Source: a virus. From it: a stretch of 64,000 bases of DNA. Under the pieces are notes generated by a model. It did no database searches and was not told where the DNA came from. It worked only from the letters and a program-made list of their open reading frames with translations. The position numbers were made by a program, and so were the translations under genes. Below are positions 63,273 to 64,000 of this stretch, in pieces; positions within the stretch are counted from its first letter, which is position 1; each line of letters opens with the position of its first letter. The stretch is taken from the IMG/VR virus record IMGVR_UViG_3300018080_000099, positions 1 through 64,000 of that record. One strand, 5' to 3'.

Positions 63273-63332
63273 ATTAAAAATATACTACATGCCGGCCGAA
63301 ATGTCAAGCTCTAATTTATTTTTATTTTCCTA

Positions 63333-63361
63333 TTGACAATTCAGCCAGCATGTATTATATT
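63333..63361 (+). promoter_or_regulatory. consensus promoter + conserved leader
   Basis: ctattgacaattcagccagcatgtattatattattggtacattcaacgaggagatacgatgg. Confidence 0.55.
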
Positions 63362-63387
63362 ATTGGTACATTCAACGAGGAGATACG

Positions 63388-63630
63388 ATGGACACTGCAA
63401 CCGAAGTCAAGAACGTATATGTGCCGATAGACAATCCTACCGATGACAGCGGCAAGCGCTGGCTGATATTCAGGTACGGCGAGGAAGATAAGAACCCGTG
63501 GCAGTGGCCCAAGGTCATGACGTTCGGCGGCAGGCTGTACAAGTGGATGTCATGGAACTCCGATACCTACCGGGTGAACTATAAGGAGATAAGCGAGACG
63601 GAAGTCGCTACAGTATACCGGCGAAAATAA
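63388..63630 (+). CDS. hypothetical protein (80 aa)
   Basis: ORF track. Confidence 0.5.
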   Translation: MDTATEVKNVYVPIDNPTDDSGKRWLIFRYGEEDKNPWQWPKVMTFGGRLYKWMSWNSDTYRVNYKEISETEVATVYRRK

Positions 63631-63643
63631 GTTCACTTTTCCC

Positions 63644-63672
63644 TTGACAACTCAGCTCGAATGATGTATATT
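63644..63672 (+). promoter_or_regulatory. consensus promoter + conserved leader
   Basis: cccttgacaactcagctcgaatgatgtatattatctgtacattcaacaaaggagatgcaagatg. Confidence 0.6.
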
Positions 63673-63701
63673 ATCTGTACATTCAACAAAGGAGATGCAA
63701 G

Positions 63702-63899
63702 ATGATGGGAGCAAGCTACAATACCAAGAAGGAACTTAAGGCGGCAGTCGGACAGCCTCTCAAGTATGTCGAGACTTCCATGTTCGGTCCTGAGTACAAA
63801 GCCAACGGTAACTTCTGCGTCGTCGGTCCTTCACCCTACCAGCGCAAGTGGTATGCCGAAGTCACCATGAAGGACGGCAAGATTGCCAAGGTAAAGTAA
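63702..63899 (+). CDS. hypothetical protein (65 aa)
   Basis: ORF track. Confidence 0.5.
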   Translation: MMGASYNTKKELKAAVGQPLKYVETSMFGPEYKANGNFCVVGPSPYQRKWYAEVTMKDGKIAKVK

Positions 63900-63917
63900 A
63901 TCCAAGTCCACATAAAA

Positions 63918-63946
63918 AGTCTGGGAAAACCTCCCAGACTTTTTTA
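63918..63946 (+). terminator. rho-independent terminator (AGUCUGGGAAAACCUCCCAGACU + U6)
   Basis: stem-loop + T-run. Confidence 0.65.
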
Positions 63947-64000
63947 CGTCCACGTCCTGAAAAAGTATCCACATCCATATAAAAAGTCTGGAGTCCAGCT

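Overview
This window looks like a non-structural (early or host-takeover) region of a large bacteriophage. No capsid, tail, terminase or lysis genes were recognised. Genes are densely packed with ATGA/TAATG overlaps, strong Shine-Dalgarno sites, and sigma70-type promoters (TTGACA, 17-bp spacer, TATATT) repeated many times with near-identical sequence.

There are three transcriptional blocks:

1. A long + strand arm (1-40.5 kb). It carries NAD-dependent DNA ligase and a complete nicotinamide-to-NAD+ Preiss-Handler salvage set: PncA, PncB, NadD/NMNAT, NadE, a Nudix hydrolase and a NADAR-domain gene. The NADAR gene is interrupted by a 1-nt frameshift in a C5 run. A ~1000-aa homologue of eukaryotic major vault protein (MVP repeats, SPFH shoulder, cap-helix) sits inside this NAD cluster. 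The arm also has a GIY-YIG homing endonuclease in an AT-rich island, a Thg1-like guanylyltransferase, an AAA_5 ATPase with a VWA partner (CobS/CobT-like), a patatin-like phospholipase, a SLOG/MoCo-carrier-like protein and a nucleoside deoxyribosyltransferase-like protein.
2. A - strand operon (49.1 to 40.5 kb). It starts with a DNA methyltransferase and is followed by a tandem array of about 20 paralogous 60-100 aa proteins (N-terminal M-W-K-W, C-terminal acidic F-x-E-Y-L-D-F-I-E), plus a second 4-member small-protein family.
3. A right arm (50.5-64 kb) of about 30 very small genes, each with its own consensus promoter. Several are leaderless. They include paralogous HTH proteins, two SWIM zinc-finger proteins, an HTH-SprT protein and a J-domain protein.

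The right arm is punctuated by a recurring ~150-bp cassette: a terminator, the palindrome TTTAA(G/C)CGCTTAAA, a conserved GGTGGGAACGG-containing segment, and divergent consensus promoters. This predicts a family of ~60-100 nt non-coding transcripts, or operator-controlled promoter modules.

Between the - operon and the right arm lies a ~1 kb non-coding region with three DnaA boxes, palindromic iterons and direct repeats, which is a putative replication origin. No tRNA, rRNA or CRISPR arrays were seen.
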